A stretch of DNA of 52,130 bases from Catajapyx aquilonaris. Lineage: Eukaryota. Location of the stretch: the NCBI GenBank assembly GCA_000934665.2, contig JYFJ02002708.1:1-52130 (forward strand), in the 5' to 3' direction. Positions 26,201-38,181 of this stretch are shown here, one piece after another (within the stretch, counting starts at the first letter, position 1; every line of letters begins with the position of its first letter). The notes below the pieces were generated by a model that worked only from the letters and a program-made list of their open reading frames with translations, searched no databases and was not told the DNA's origin. A program made the position numbers and the translations under genes.

Positions 26201-28804
26201 GCCCAGTATATGTAGGCAACCAGACAGAAATTCTCGATTTGTGTTGAAACTGCATGTGACAGAAGTTTTATCGTATTTTGCCTGAAATCAGCATTACAAA
26301 ATCCATAAGAAACACCTCTCACGTTGAAGAAAAAAAACTCATCGCAGGCCTGTGAATAATTCTGAGGAGGATGTCGCTTACACTTGCGGTAGTGCGGATC
26401 CAGGAATTTCCTCCCTCTTTATAACATTGCTGACTGCGACTCGCTTGGCCACTGATGACTGCTTTGGAGATCCCCTGGACTTCTTAGTCTCCTTCGCTGC
26501 TCTGCTCGGAGTTGCTGAAGTGTCAACTCGGTCAGTGGCTGGCTCCTCAGCTTCGTGGACTTCCCGCAGAGATGAATCCGCGGTTGTCTGATTATCACTT
26601 GACGACCCAGCGATGTCTTCATTCCTGTAACGAAGGCCGAGGCATTACTCATGTTGCATCATTTCATTACGTAAAATATTCAACCCCAAACCGATTATAT
26701 TGTGCGCATGCAACATGTTCTTTCTTACAATATCAATAAAAAGGTGAATCCGACATCTCGGAGAATCAACTGCCCTTGCATATTGCGCAAGTCATTTGAG
26801 CCATCGTATTGACTCAAGGAGGCCCGACATGGGGATTAACAGCTCACCCAATTGCAACAATGTCTGCGACTGATAATTCTCAATAAGATTTCGCTTACAC
26901 TTGCGGTAGTGCGGATACAGCAATTTCCTCCCTCTTTACAACTTTGCTGACTGTGACTCGCTTGGCCACTGATGGCCGCTTTGGAGACCCCCTGGACTTC
27001 TTAGTCCCCTTCGCTGCACTGCTCGGAGTTGCTGAAGTGTCAGTCTGCGTCACTACTAGAATGCAATAGTCACACCAGTTGGAACACCAACAACATTTTA
27101 AAACTGTTTACCTCGGTCTTGGCTAAGCGACTGTTGCGTTGGGCTGAAACACGTAATTTACTCCCGGAAGCCCAAGCTGCTTTTAGGAAAAATCGAGGCT
27201 GTTTGGACCAGATATTTATACTAACGATAATAATCCAGAAATACCTTAGCAAACCAAGAGGCAAACTCTACTGTTTCTTTGTGGACCTATCTAAAGCCTT
27301 CGATAGCATTAATCACAACCTGTTATGGAATCATTTGAGCTCCCTGGGAATGAGCAGTGCATTTCTTAAACTAATAATGGACATATATGATAAAGCTAGG
27401 ATAGTTTCGTCCTTCCCTACTGAGCAGCCGATAAAAATTAAAAAGGGCATCCTGCAGGGCGAGGCCATGTCTCCCTATCTTTTCAACCTATTTCTCTCTG
27501 ATATATGTCAATTTTTGAAAGCGAATGACTCACTGGGAGTGAACTTAGGCCCGAATTCTGACGATCTGCCTCATCTCATGTACGCTGACGATATTGTTCT
27601 ATTTACTGACAACCCTTTATATTTGCAGAGAAGTATAACGAAGCTACAGGAATACTTTGAAATCAAACAACTCTCGGTAAACTTGAAAAAATCACAAATC
27701 TTGGTTTTCTCGAAAGCTGGACGCCCTTCTCGTCATAAGTTTTTTTGGCATGGGCAACAAATTGCGCAGGTCTCCTCCTACAACTATTTAGGTGTACCTT
27801 TTTATGCTTCAGGGAGATTCTTCCGTGCCCACAAGCACTTTGTCAATAAGGCAAAATGTGCCATTGGTTGTATGTGGCCTACGATCTCATCGTTGAAAAT
27901 AAGAGACATTAACGTACTTACTAAACTCTACTATTCCAAAATCGTGCCAGTACTTCTATACGGTCTTGGTATTTGGGGGTTACAGTACCTACAGGAGATG
28001 GAAATAGTCCAGAACTATCTACTTAAAATATTTCTACTTTTACCAGCCCGCACGGCAGGATATTTTATTCGAATGGAAATGGGCATTCCGATGCTACAAA
28101 TTGCGCTTTACAGGAAGATAATTAAATTTACTATCAAATTGACCACTGCGCAAGATAGTAGTCTAGTGAAACAAGCATGGCTCTATTCGATTAACTCCGC
28201 ACCACATTGTCGTTTTCGCTCTTTAAATTGGTTTAAACAAGTCTCAGATGTACTCTCTGTCATACAAATAAACCCCAAAGACTTGAAAATTGAGGACCTT
28301 TCGAACTATACCCAAGCACTCACTGCCCACTTCCAGAGCATAAATCAAGCGAAGTTGGCGAATTCCGAGACGTACAGTAACTATGCAGAAATAAAAAATA
28401 ACTTTACTCAGGAACTGTATTTCTCGCTGAATATGCCGCTCCACTTAACGAGACTGTTAGTTAATTTGAGGAACCAATCTAACAGACTTCGCACCAAATC
28501 TGGCTCTTTGAACTTCAACCATGAAATCGTATGCCCCAACTGCAGTAATAATGACATGCAAACCCTAGAACATATTTTTTTCTGTTGCCCGCTGTATGAC
28601 TCCCCCAGAAGGTTTATATCTGACAACTTGAATACTGTTCCCATTGACAAGATGCACTTTCTTTTTCTGGACCCTTCACCAACTTTTATATTCCATATCT
28701 ATAACTTTGTCAACTCTGTCATCAGGCGAAATGCCTTAATGGTTTGATCAATTGTACGTTGCCTGGAGCGTTCTCCCCCATAAGTCCTAAAGGACCACCT
28801 GGGG

Positions 28805-28835
<31 letters not shown>

Positions 28836-29152
28836 ACCAGTTGGAACACGAGTTGCTCTGTGGGGGGGCCAAACGTGTTGTACTCACAATAGGCGCCTGT
28901 CCGCAGGATGAACTGGGGGAGGGCGCCTTCCTTCAGCCTTGGTCCGCACCCGTCCAGCCCCACATCAAGGATGATGTCCTGCGAGGCGAAGTGGTCCGCG
29001 CAGACCTTCGAGTTGGGCGGATCCAGGATGACCCTCATCCACTGGTGGAGCAGACGGGGGGTGGTCGGGAAGGGGAAGCAGAACGAGTCGGACTGTTCCA
29101 ATAAGGAATGGTTGGGACAGGTTGGGACGCAGCAGAAGTCTGCAGGGCTCAT
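23261..29152 (-). CDS. THAP-domain + ~16 C2H2/C2HC zinc-finger protein, copy A, ~989 aa. Exons 29152-28888, 27052(or 27055)-26899, 26624-26382, 25568-23261
   Basis: Exon 1 has the THAP signature CCVPTC...FPFP...W...VCADHF...LKEGALP. The last exon has tandem CxxC-x12-HxxxH fingers with TGEKP linkers. GT-AG introns are in phases 1,2,2 and keep the frame open. Confidence 0.85.
25733..26354. mobile_element. Non-autonomous DNA transposon (CAC-terminated, CMC/CACTA-like) in an intron of zinc-finger copy A
   Basis: TIRs CACAGGCCTGC / GCAGGCCTGTG. The paralogous intron has the empty site gactgataataattct, implying a 2-bp AA duplication. Confidence 0.7.
27088..28835 (+). mobile_element. 5'-truncated non-LTR retrotransposon (LINE); RT ORF remnant open to the stop at 28747
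   Basis: RT motifs QAAFRKNRGCLDQIF, FVDLSKAFDSI, GILQGEAMSPYLF, YADD; C-terminal CPNC..EHIFFCCP knuckle; (TAAA)n tail; TSD ACCAGTTGGAACAC at 27074-27087 and 28836-28849. Confidence 0.95.
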
Positions 29153-29283
29153 CTTCGCTTATTCTCATGTGGGAGGGACACTCTGTGGGTGATAAAAGAT
29201 TGGGGTTCATCTTACGGGGAAGAGTCTGGCCTTTCCAGGAAGGTCCACTCACCCCCAATTCCTCCAGCAAGGCTTGATTTTGT

Positions 29284-29293
29284 GTCACGTGAC
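29284..29293. promoter_or_regulatory. Palindromic E-box GTCACGTGAC upstream of THAP-ZF copy A
   Basis: Perfect 12-bp palindrome TGTCACGTGACA ~130 bp upstream of the ATG, also present in copy B. Confidence 0.35.
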
Positions 29294-29891
29294 ATACAGT
29301 CATGTGAAGATATCGCGACCCACAGCCACATGGACACAATAAATATATTTCCATATTTAAATTTTTCTAAATTGCATTTTAATGGAATTATGCTACAGTA
29401 TATGCTGATTATCTACCCTGAGAATGCTGAGTGCCGAAATCCTCACATTTCGCGAAAATTAAATAAGTTTAGGAGTTTTCAGATGCGACGGAGGCAAGCC
29501 GCAGATAAGGATTGATTGAATTCTTGCAAAGTATCACGATTTCAGCAAATTCGTCTGGGTTTTCAATGTATATATTATTCCGTGTATTTTAGCGTATTGG
29601 CTATTTCATAATAATTAAATCAGACTAACCGTCGCTGGTAGCAGTCGACTTTCGTTTTTTTATGACTATCTCTGTGAAAATCATTTTAGGGACTTCTAAG
29701 CGACGAAAATCATCTCCAATGCATTCACAGTGCAGACTGTAGTAGTGTACAGCATAAAGGTGTGAGTATGATATGATACATAATTATATCCCTGTAGCTG
29801 CTATTATTTGTAAAATATCTTGGCCTTGTCTTCCGAGTACATGTAAGCGACAACTCAGGCGATGGCGGTACTACTGCTAAGTTAGAAGTAA

Positions 29892-29895
29892 TATA

Positions 29896-29960
<65 letters not shown>

Positions 29961-30300
29961 GGGTTTTAGTGCACCGCCCTAGGGCATTGGCACAGTACCT
30001 TTATTTATGCTTAAATTTGTACAAGCTTGATACAGTTGGTCCTTTTGCCGTAACCCCCGGGTACCGCGAGCGATAGGGAGGGTGACAGGAGGGGATGTGC
30101 AAGTGCAGTGCAAATGACATATGCGGTCATTTTGTGAGCTCCCCTGGGTGGTTTAGTCTATAGGAAATACCACCCGAGACGAAGTCAGAGATGGCCCTAA
30201 ACTCTGCACGAGATGAAGGGGGTGTCCCTGGGCTGGGATCGAACCCGGGACCTTAACATCCGTGGGCGCGCACGTTACCGCGGCGCCACTCAGTCTCCCC
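29892..30300 (-). mobile_element. tRNA-derived SINE, full length, with (ATT)n tail
   Basis: The minus-strand head GGGGAGACTGAGTGGCGCCGCGGTAAC...CCCGGGTTCGATCCC has Pol III A- and B-box-like motifs. Long (ATT)n tail and 16-bp TSD GCTAAGTTAGAAGTAA at 29876-29891 and 30301-30316. Confidence 0.92.
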
Positions 30301-30851
30301 GCTAAGTTAGAAGTAACTAGTAGTACGACGAAAATTCCAGAAATTGTTTTCAGAAAGGAGATTTCATGAGTAGTAAATTGGTAATTGCTTGAGTAAGACC
30401 TGTGGTACAGCTTAAATCAATTGGTGAAGGTCTTACGTGCGACTGCCTTGTTTCAGTACTTTCATTCCGCCGCGGAGGTCTTACTACCCTTTTTTTTTTT
30501 CACTGAAGGGAATTTTTTTGCTCCTATTTATTACTAAACTTATTGTTTGAAATGTTTACAAGAAAGCTGGCATAGCAGCAACAAAAAAATTACTGGTACA
30601 AACATGAAAATGAAAGTCCAAATATTCCTCACAAGGTCTCATAATAAGGTAATTACTAATTAGTAATTGGAACAGAAAAATACTTAGCACATGCAGCTTG
30701 CATCATAAGCGCTTATTCTTCCCAATGGCTACAGCAGGATAAAGGGTGTGTAACTCATTCAAAGTGCATTTTAAGAAGTCATCGTAAACACATCGAAGAG
30801 CAATGTTAATGCTGAAAAATCACATGTAGGAATGTTACTTTAACAATAATG

Positions 30852-33800
30852 TTACTGCACGTTCGGGCCGCTTGCATTCATCAGACTGTCGAACATGTCC
30901 ACTGCGGACATATCACTGGTAAGGTCTTGTCCCGCCTCATCCCGTTTCTCTCTGTGCAAGGTTTCATGACGAGCCAGAGATTGCGCAATGCGGAATGCCT
31001 TCCCGCACACCCTGCATTTGTAAGGCTTCTCTCCGGTATGCAGCCTCATATGTGATTTCAGCGTCTGTGGGTTGTTGAAGGCCTTGCAGCAAGTGGTGCA
31101 CACAAAAGGCTTTTCACCCGTGTGTGTCCGTTCATGCAAGGTGAGAGAATACGGACAGGAAAGTACTTTGCCGCACCTGACACACTTGCACTTCCTCTCC
31201 TTCCTCCGTTGAACAGGCTTGGTCCTCTCAGATGATACATGCGTGCGGGAAGTTTTGTGGTGATAAGACTCATGCCGCTTCAGACTACTCTCCTCCGAGA
31301 AACCTTTCCTGCACTTGCTGCATGCGAACGGTGCTGGAACATGCTCATACTTCTCGTGTTCTCTCTCATGCAAGTCCAGCATTTCCTCCGTGGTAAACCT
31401 CTTCCCGCACTTGCCACAGTGATGCAGGGTCATCACGTGGAATCTCACGTGCCTGTTCAGATGTGACCTGGAGCGATACTGCTTCCCACACGTCTCGCAC
31501 TTCCATGGTCTCTCCCCAGTGTGCACCGTCAGGTGGATCTCGGCTGCAGTCTTTGTGTAAAATGCCTCGTTGCACATGGAACACTTGTACGGCTTGTCTC
31601 CTACATGCCTCCTGCGATGGGCCACCAAATGCACTCTATAAAGGAACGACTTGCTACATATGTCGCACACATGAGGCCTCTCCGTCTTGTGGATCTTGCG
31701 GTGGCCCCTCAACGCAGCCTTACTCTTGCAGATCTTGCCGCAGTATTCACATATGCGTTCCATGTGTATCATGCAATGTGCCTTCAATATCTTGTCGGTT
31801 AGGAATTTCTTCCCACATCTATCGCATACGTATGGCTTCTCGCTGTGTGCCTTGCGATGAAGACTCAGCGACGTACTATTTTGAAATGTCTTACCGCATG
31901 TCTCGCATATTACCGTCTCTTCCGCAGTGAATGTCTTCTGCTTCAGGCGTTTCTTCTGCTTCAGGTGAGTCTTAAGATGCCGCATGAAGTTGGTCTTGTA
32001 GAAGATTTGCTTCCCACACGTCTCGCACTTGAACTTTTTATGGTGTGCCCTGCAATGTTTCACCAGCGTCTCCTTGTTTGTGAATGCCTCTCCACACGTC
32101 TTGCATTTGTACTTATCATTGACCATCGGGCATGAGCGCTGTACATGCCTAGCGACACCAGTTCTGGACTGCAGTTGTTTGCCACACTTTTCACACTGGA
32201 ACACTTGTATTTTCTTCTTCGGCCGTGAAGGTGGAATTTTTAGTACAATCCTGTAAGTCAGCAGGTTCGTTTTTACACTGTCGGACTTCTGAAAGCTCTT
32301 CATTGCCTCTATGATCTTACTGTAGTTGACATTAGTCTTATCTGAAGGTTCAACTTGGCTGGTTTCCGCAGCTGCTTGATGCACTTCCACAGCACTCTGG
32401 CCAACCTGCTGAGTCTCAGTACTTGTACTTGCAATGTGATCTTTCCGTGAAGTATTGGCATGGTTTGCATCAACCTTGATCAATTGTTTGCGCATTGGCA
32501 CCGCAATTATTCTCTGGGGAGCATTGTCTGAATTGCTCTTCATTGCGTCTGTGTCCTTACTGCAACTGATATTAGTCGTATCAGCTCGGTGTGTTCCTCC
32601 AGCTGCTTTACACACCATCTTAGTGCCGGGGCCAATCTGCTGAGTCTTAGTACTCGCACTTGGAATGCAAACATTCCTTGAAGATTGGGCACGATATAAA
32701 TCAGCCTTGTTCAATTGTTTGCTCTTTGGCACCACAATTCCCTGGCCCTTGCCGCAGAATTTCATGTGGAACTTCAACTTCTCGTCTGTCTGAAACTGTT
32801 TTTTGCAATCCTCACATGGAAACACAATCACATTGTGGGCCTTGTGCACGTGTCTCGTGAGGTCTACGCTTACGGAGAAACCCTGCCGACATATCCTGCA
32901 CACCCAAGGCAATCCAGATGGATCCCCATCCGGGCAGACCAGGTCATCCGCTGACGTTTCCTCGCCGCCATTCACCTTGCTGACCTCGGACACACTAGTT
33001 GACGCTGTCTGGTCACCTTGTACTTGGTCAGTGGCTGGCCCCTCCGCTTCGTGGACTTGCCGCAGAGATGAATCCGTGGTTGTAGGATTATCACTTGAAG
33101 ACCCAGCGATGTCTTCATTCCTGTAACGAAGGCCGAGGCATTACTCATGTTCAACTGCATCATTTCATTACGTAAAATATTCATCCACAAACTGATTATA
33201 CTGTACATATTGCGCAAGTCATTAGAGCCATCGTATTGACTCAAGCAGGCCTGACATGGTCATTAGCAGCTCACCCAATTGCAACAATGTCTGCGACTGA
33301 TAATAATTCTCAATAGGATTTCGCTTACACTTGCCGTAGTGCGGATCCAGCAATTTCCTCCCTCTTTACAACTTTGCTGACTGTGACTCGCTTGGCCACT
33401 GATGGCCGCTTTGGAGACCCCCTGGACTTCTTAGTCCCCTTCGCTGCACTGCTCGGAGTTGCTGAAGTGTCAACTCGGTCAGTGGCTGGCCACTCAGCTT
33501 CGTGGACTTCCCGCAGAGATGAATCTACGGTTATCGGATTATCACTTGACGACCCAGCGATGTCTTCATTCCTGTAACAAAGGCTGAGGCATTACTCATG
33601 TTGCATCATTTCATTACGTAAAATAATTCATTTCCAAACTGATTATATTGAGCACATGCAGGTTCTTTAATTATTATCCCGTGGGTCTTTTGAGAATTTT
33701 TTTTTCTTCCTAACCATGTTTAGCGAAGTTAACAATGTTCAACAATGGCTCCGCTGTTAACATTTGACTTCAAAGCTTAACAAAGCTGATAAGTAGAGAG

Positions 33801-35295
33801 GGTATGAGTTATACTGAAAGTCTACATGTTTCATTTGCCTACAAAAATATTTTTTTTGCAAAGGAAAAAAAATTTGCGAAAATTGCTAAAATGTCGTACA
33901 ACACCATTTTTGACAATTTGGCTAATTACACATTCGCAATTATTTTATGTCGAAAATTCAGACCTCCGTAGACAGTTGCTTCATTCCAAATTTGGTTTTT
34001 GTGTAACTTATAGGGAAATTTGTACACGCGTCCAAAATTGAGAAAAAATGAACTTCGAGAAATAGCAGATTTGGTACCCATGCGGATATGATTTTTTTCA
34101 GGGATGATAAAACATGACACTGAAAAATAGCCAGTGTCAAATTATTGCATAACACTGTCCAATTATTATTATCCCTCCACTTTCGATCACTTCTGTGTAC
34201 GTTGACAGCAGCAGGGATTAACAGCTGAAAATCACCTAATGGCAACAATGTCTGCGACTGATAATAATTCTCAAGAGGATTTGGCTTACACTTGCGGTAG
34301 TGCGGACACAGCAATTTCCTTCCCAACTTTGCTGGCTGCGACTCGCTTGGCCACTGATGGCCGCTTTGGAGATCCCCTGGACTTCTTAGTCCCCTTCGCT
34401 GCACTGCTCGGAGTTGCTGAAGTGTCAACTCGGTCAGTGGCTGGCTCCTCAGCTTCGTGGACTTCACGCCGAGATGAATCCGTGGTTGTCGGATTATCAC
34501 TTGCCGACCCAGCGATGTCTTCATTCCTGTAACAAAGACCGAGGCATTACTCATGTTGCATCATTTTATTACGTAAAATATTCATCCCCAAACCGATTAT
34601 ATTGTGCGCATGCAATAGGTTCTTTCTTACAATATCAATAAAACGGCGAATCCAACATCTCGGAGAATCAACTGCCCTTGCATATTGCGCAAGTCATTAG
34701 AGCCATCGTATTGACTCAAGCAGGCCCGACATTGGCATTAACAGCTCACCCAATTGCAACAATGTCTGCGACTGATAATTCTCAATAAGATTTCGCTTAC
34801 ACTTGCGGTAGTGCGGACACAGCAATATCCTTCCTCTTTACAACTTTGCTGGCTGCGACTCGCTTGGCCACTGATCGCCGCTTTCGAGATCCCCTGGACT
34901 TCTTAGTCCTCTTATCTGGACTGCTCGGAGCTGCTGAAGTGTCAGTCTGCATCACTAGAATGCAATAGTCACACCAGTTGGAACATGAGTTGCTCTGTGG
35001 GCGGACCAAACGTGTTGTACTCACAATAGGCGCCTGTCCGCAGGATGAACTGGGGGAGGGCGCCTTCCTTCAGCCTCGGTCCGCACCCGTCCAGCCCCAC
35101 ATCAAGGATGATGTCCTGCGAGGCGAAGTGGTCCGCGCAGACCTTCGAGTTGGGCGGATCCAGGATGACCCTCATCCACTGGTGGAGCAGACGGGGGATG
35201 GTCGGGAAGGGGAAGCAGAAGGAGTCGGACTGTCCCAATAAGGAATGGTTGGGACAGGTTGGGACGCAGCACACGTCTGCAGGGCTCATCTTCAT
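30852..35295 (-). CDS. THAP-domain + ~16 C2H2/C2HC zinc-finger protein, copy B, ~1057 aa. Exons 35295-35025, 34954-34801, 34526-34290, 33571-33329, 33120-30852
   Basis: Close paralogue of copy A with the same THAP signature and finger array, plus one extra phase-2 linker exon. Phases are consistent. Confidence 0.85.
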
Positions 35296-35463
35296 CGCTT
35301 CTCATGTGGGGGGGACACACACCCTGTGGGGGATGCAAGATGGGACAGAGTCTGGCCTGTCCAGGAAGGCGCTGGACTCACCCCAATTCCTCCAGCAAGG
35401 CTTGATTTTGGCGAAAAATGTTCCCGGAAAATCATCTGGAGAGAAACAGGCCGGCCATTTTGT

Positions 35464-35473
35464 GTCACGTGAC
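35464..35473. promoter_or_regulatory. Palindromic E-box GTCACGTGAC between THAP-ZF copy B and divergent lipase copy 2
   Basis: Same palindrome as at 29284. Confidence 0.35.
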
Positions 35474-36536
35474 ATACAGTCATGTGAAGATCTAACGACC
35501 CATAGCCACATGGACAGAGTAAAATATTTACATATTAATTTTTTTCTATATTTTCATTAAACACCTTGCATTTTAATTCCACACAGTGATAATGACAGAT
35601 GGAGTACCACTAAGGTGTACACCGGGGTACCGGTACCGAAGTGGTTAACCCCTTGTGCAGCCTGACGATGCAATTGCTACATACCATTTAACTGTTTTTT
35701 TTTTGTTTAACCTTGAAAATATACAGATAATTATTCAAGTTCAATTACCAGTAGCCTACTATACAGAACTTTCTCTATGTGGCCATATAACAATTTTCAG
35801 TTAACTGTATTCGAGCTATTAAATTTGAATTTTTATTTCAATGTACTGTACGTAATTATGAGGGTGTGTCATGAATTAGAGAGAAAAATTAGCTGGGGAA
35901 TGGTTTCACCATTTTTATTTCTTGATTGCAGTAATCAATCAATGCGCATGATTAACTGGGTGTTTCCTATAATGTTTGAAGGCCGCTCACTTGAATGGTA
36001 AAAATAGATTATAATGAGTTCTCCCACAGTGAGACATGCAATCGGTCACAATAACAGATAAAAGGTGGTCAGCATCTCCCTATAATATATTGGTTTTAAA
36101 CGCGTGGTGTGATATGCAGGGTGATCCCTATTCTGCCCCAGTGCATTGCAACATATTGTAAATACCTTTATCACCACGATAGTTACTTTCGCTTAGCGAT
36201 GCTCATCGATGCACATCACTGATCAAAATCGGTCACCTGTAAAAGCGGATTATTAGCCACTTTGCTGCCATAATTGGATGCCAAACATTGATAACCAGAT
36301 CTTATCTGCCACCCTCGATCAATATATATAATAGGAGAAATTTGAAGAAATTCTGCTCTGTATATATGTACTCCTTTTGCATTTTCCTTTCGCACTGGCT
36401 TGCAATACATGCAGTGTAAGGACAGTGTTTCGACTTGCTGATGGATATACTTGGTGCAGTTGGGAGATAAGTTGTGCATATAGAAACAGCGGTAAAAAAA
36501 AGTCTTGGTGATTGTTATCTGTGAGTAATTAGTGCT

Positions 36537-38181
36537 ATGGTGGACGTCCTGAAGTCTATCGTAATTGCTGCGACGTTCATACTTCTTGGTTCGGACGCCT
36601 TGAGATTGTTTAATTTTCCGGTATGGGAAGCCAACACCATTGTGAGTATTACACCTTATTACACCAAGAAACTGTGATTTCTTGCTGTTTCCTTCAACAA
36701 GTGCGGGTATGTCCGAGCCAAAAGATACCCATGTGAACACCACAAAGTGACAACACCCGATGGGTACATCCTGTCGCTCCATCGCATACCACGCGGTGCA
36801 TCACACTCCAACAACACCAGGAGACCACCAGTCATCTTAACACACGGATTGGGAGATTCGGTAATGAGCTACCTGATTGGCCCACCTTCAAAAGCTTTAG
36901 GTAAATATGAAACTATAACAGAACCAGAGACCACCAGGGTTGCCATATTATTATTGTTATTATTATTATTATTAATTATTATTATTATTATTATTATTAT
37001 TATTTGAAAAGGTCACATGCTGCCGGATGCTGGGTTTGACCTCTGGCTGTTTAGCCAGAGAGGAACTCCTCACTCCAGAAGACACGTGCAGATGAGCCCA
37101 GAGGAACCCGAATTCTGGCAGTACGGTCTGGACGAGATGTCCACGTTTGACATACCAGCTGTGATGGACTATGTACTGGACAGGACTGGTCAACAGAAGG
37201 TGGGATTCGTTGCACACTCTGTGGGAGGCATCCTACTGTACACATCCTTGTCCGGAAGACCCGAGTACAACTCGAAGGTCTTCCTTGGCATCATGATGGC
37301 ATCACCCGCAGCTCCTGTCCACACCGGTGCACCTGCATTCCAACTCTTGCCACCAGTGTCGGTTTTGAATGATCTCTCAGTGAGTATGGACCGTTGCAAC
37401 AAGTCAAGATGAATCTACTGGTTAAAAACAACCTGAGGTGAAAGTATCCCTTTTTGACTTTCCAGAATATGTTGACGATCTTAGGAATAACATACGTCGG
37501 ATTCCCGTTCCCCGAATTACATCAAATGGTGCAGTCATTTTGTCTGATGAACCGCTACACTAAGGTCATTTGCTTCACTGTCCTTGAATTGATTTTCGGA
37601 TTCGACATGGACGAAGTTGATACGGCAAGTACACATTTATGTATTCTGTGCATTGACATGGTGTAACTCAGACTGTTCCCATAATTTGAGCCAACATCAC
37701 TCATTCACTATAGGAGAAATTTGAAGAAGCTCTGTCGTACATTCCGTCTGGATTTTCGTTTCGCACTTTCCTACAAATCATCCAGTGGAGGGAAAGTGGT
37801 GTGGTTCGCAAGTACGACTTCGGACCTGAGGAGAACCTCCGCCGGTACAACTCGGCATCACCGCCTCTTTACAACCTGAGGAACATAACAGCTCCTGTGG
37901 CCATGTTTTGGGGGCTCAATGACTGGGTAGCACATCCAAAGGTCAGTCTCTTCTTGTGTTGGATTAATTTCCCCTTTTTTAAATATTCCTTATTTCCTAT
38001 ACAGGACGTGCAGACTCTAGCTGACCAGCTTCCCAACCTGGTCGGGTCATTCCAGGTCAAGTGGCCTCACTTCACCCACGGTGACTTCGTCCTGGCCAGA
38101 AATGTGGCGTCTTTGGTTTACGAGGATGTGGTCAAGCTTTTTCGACAATACAGCGAAATCGATTTTTATCAAGTATGGTAG
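36537..38181 (+). CDS. Acid lipase copy 2 (6 exons, one GC-AG intron)
   Basis: Same exon structure as copy 1; motifs THGL, AHSVG, NDWV, FTHGDF; (TTA)n run in intron 2; GC donor at 37625. Confidence 0.9.

Noticed and set aside
27029..27087. N-terminus of the 572-aa RT ORF as a real start or host-RT fusion
   Set aside because: It begins at a non-ATG codon in host sequence upstream of the TSD. This is chance read-through into a 5'-truncated element.
28787..29152. Stand-alone THAP protein or P-element transposase
   Set aside because: No catalytic transposase domain or TIRs are nearby, and a donor site splices it in frame to the zinc-finger exons.
30225..30300. Functional tRNA gene
   Set aside because: It has A/B boxes but no convincing cloverleaf, and it is followed by a body, tail and TSD, so it is a SINE head.
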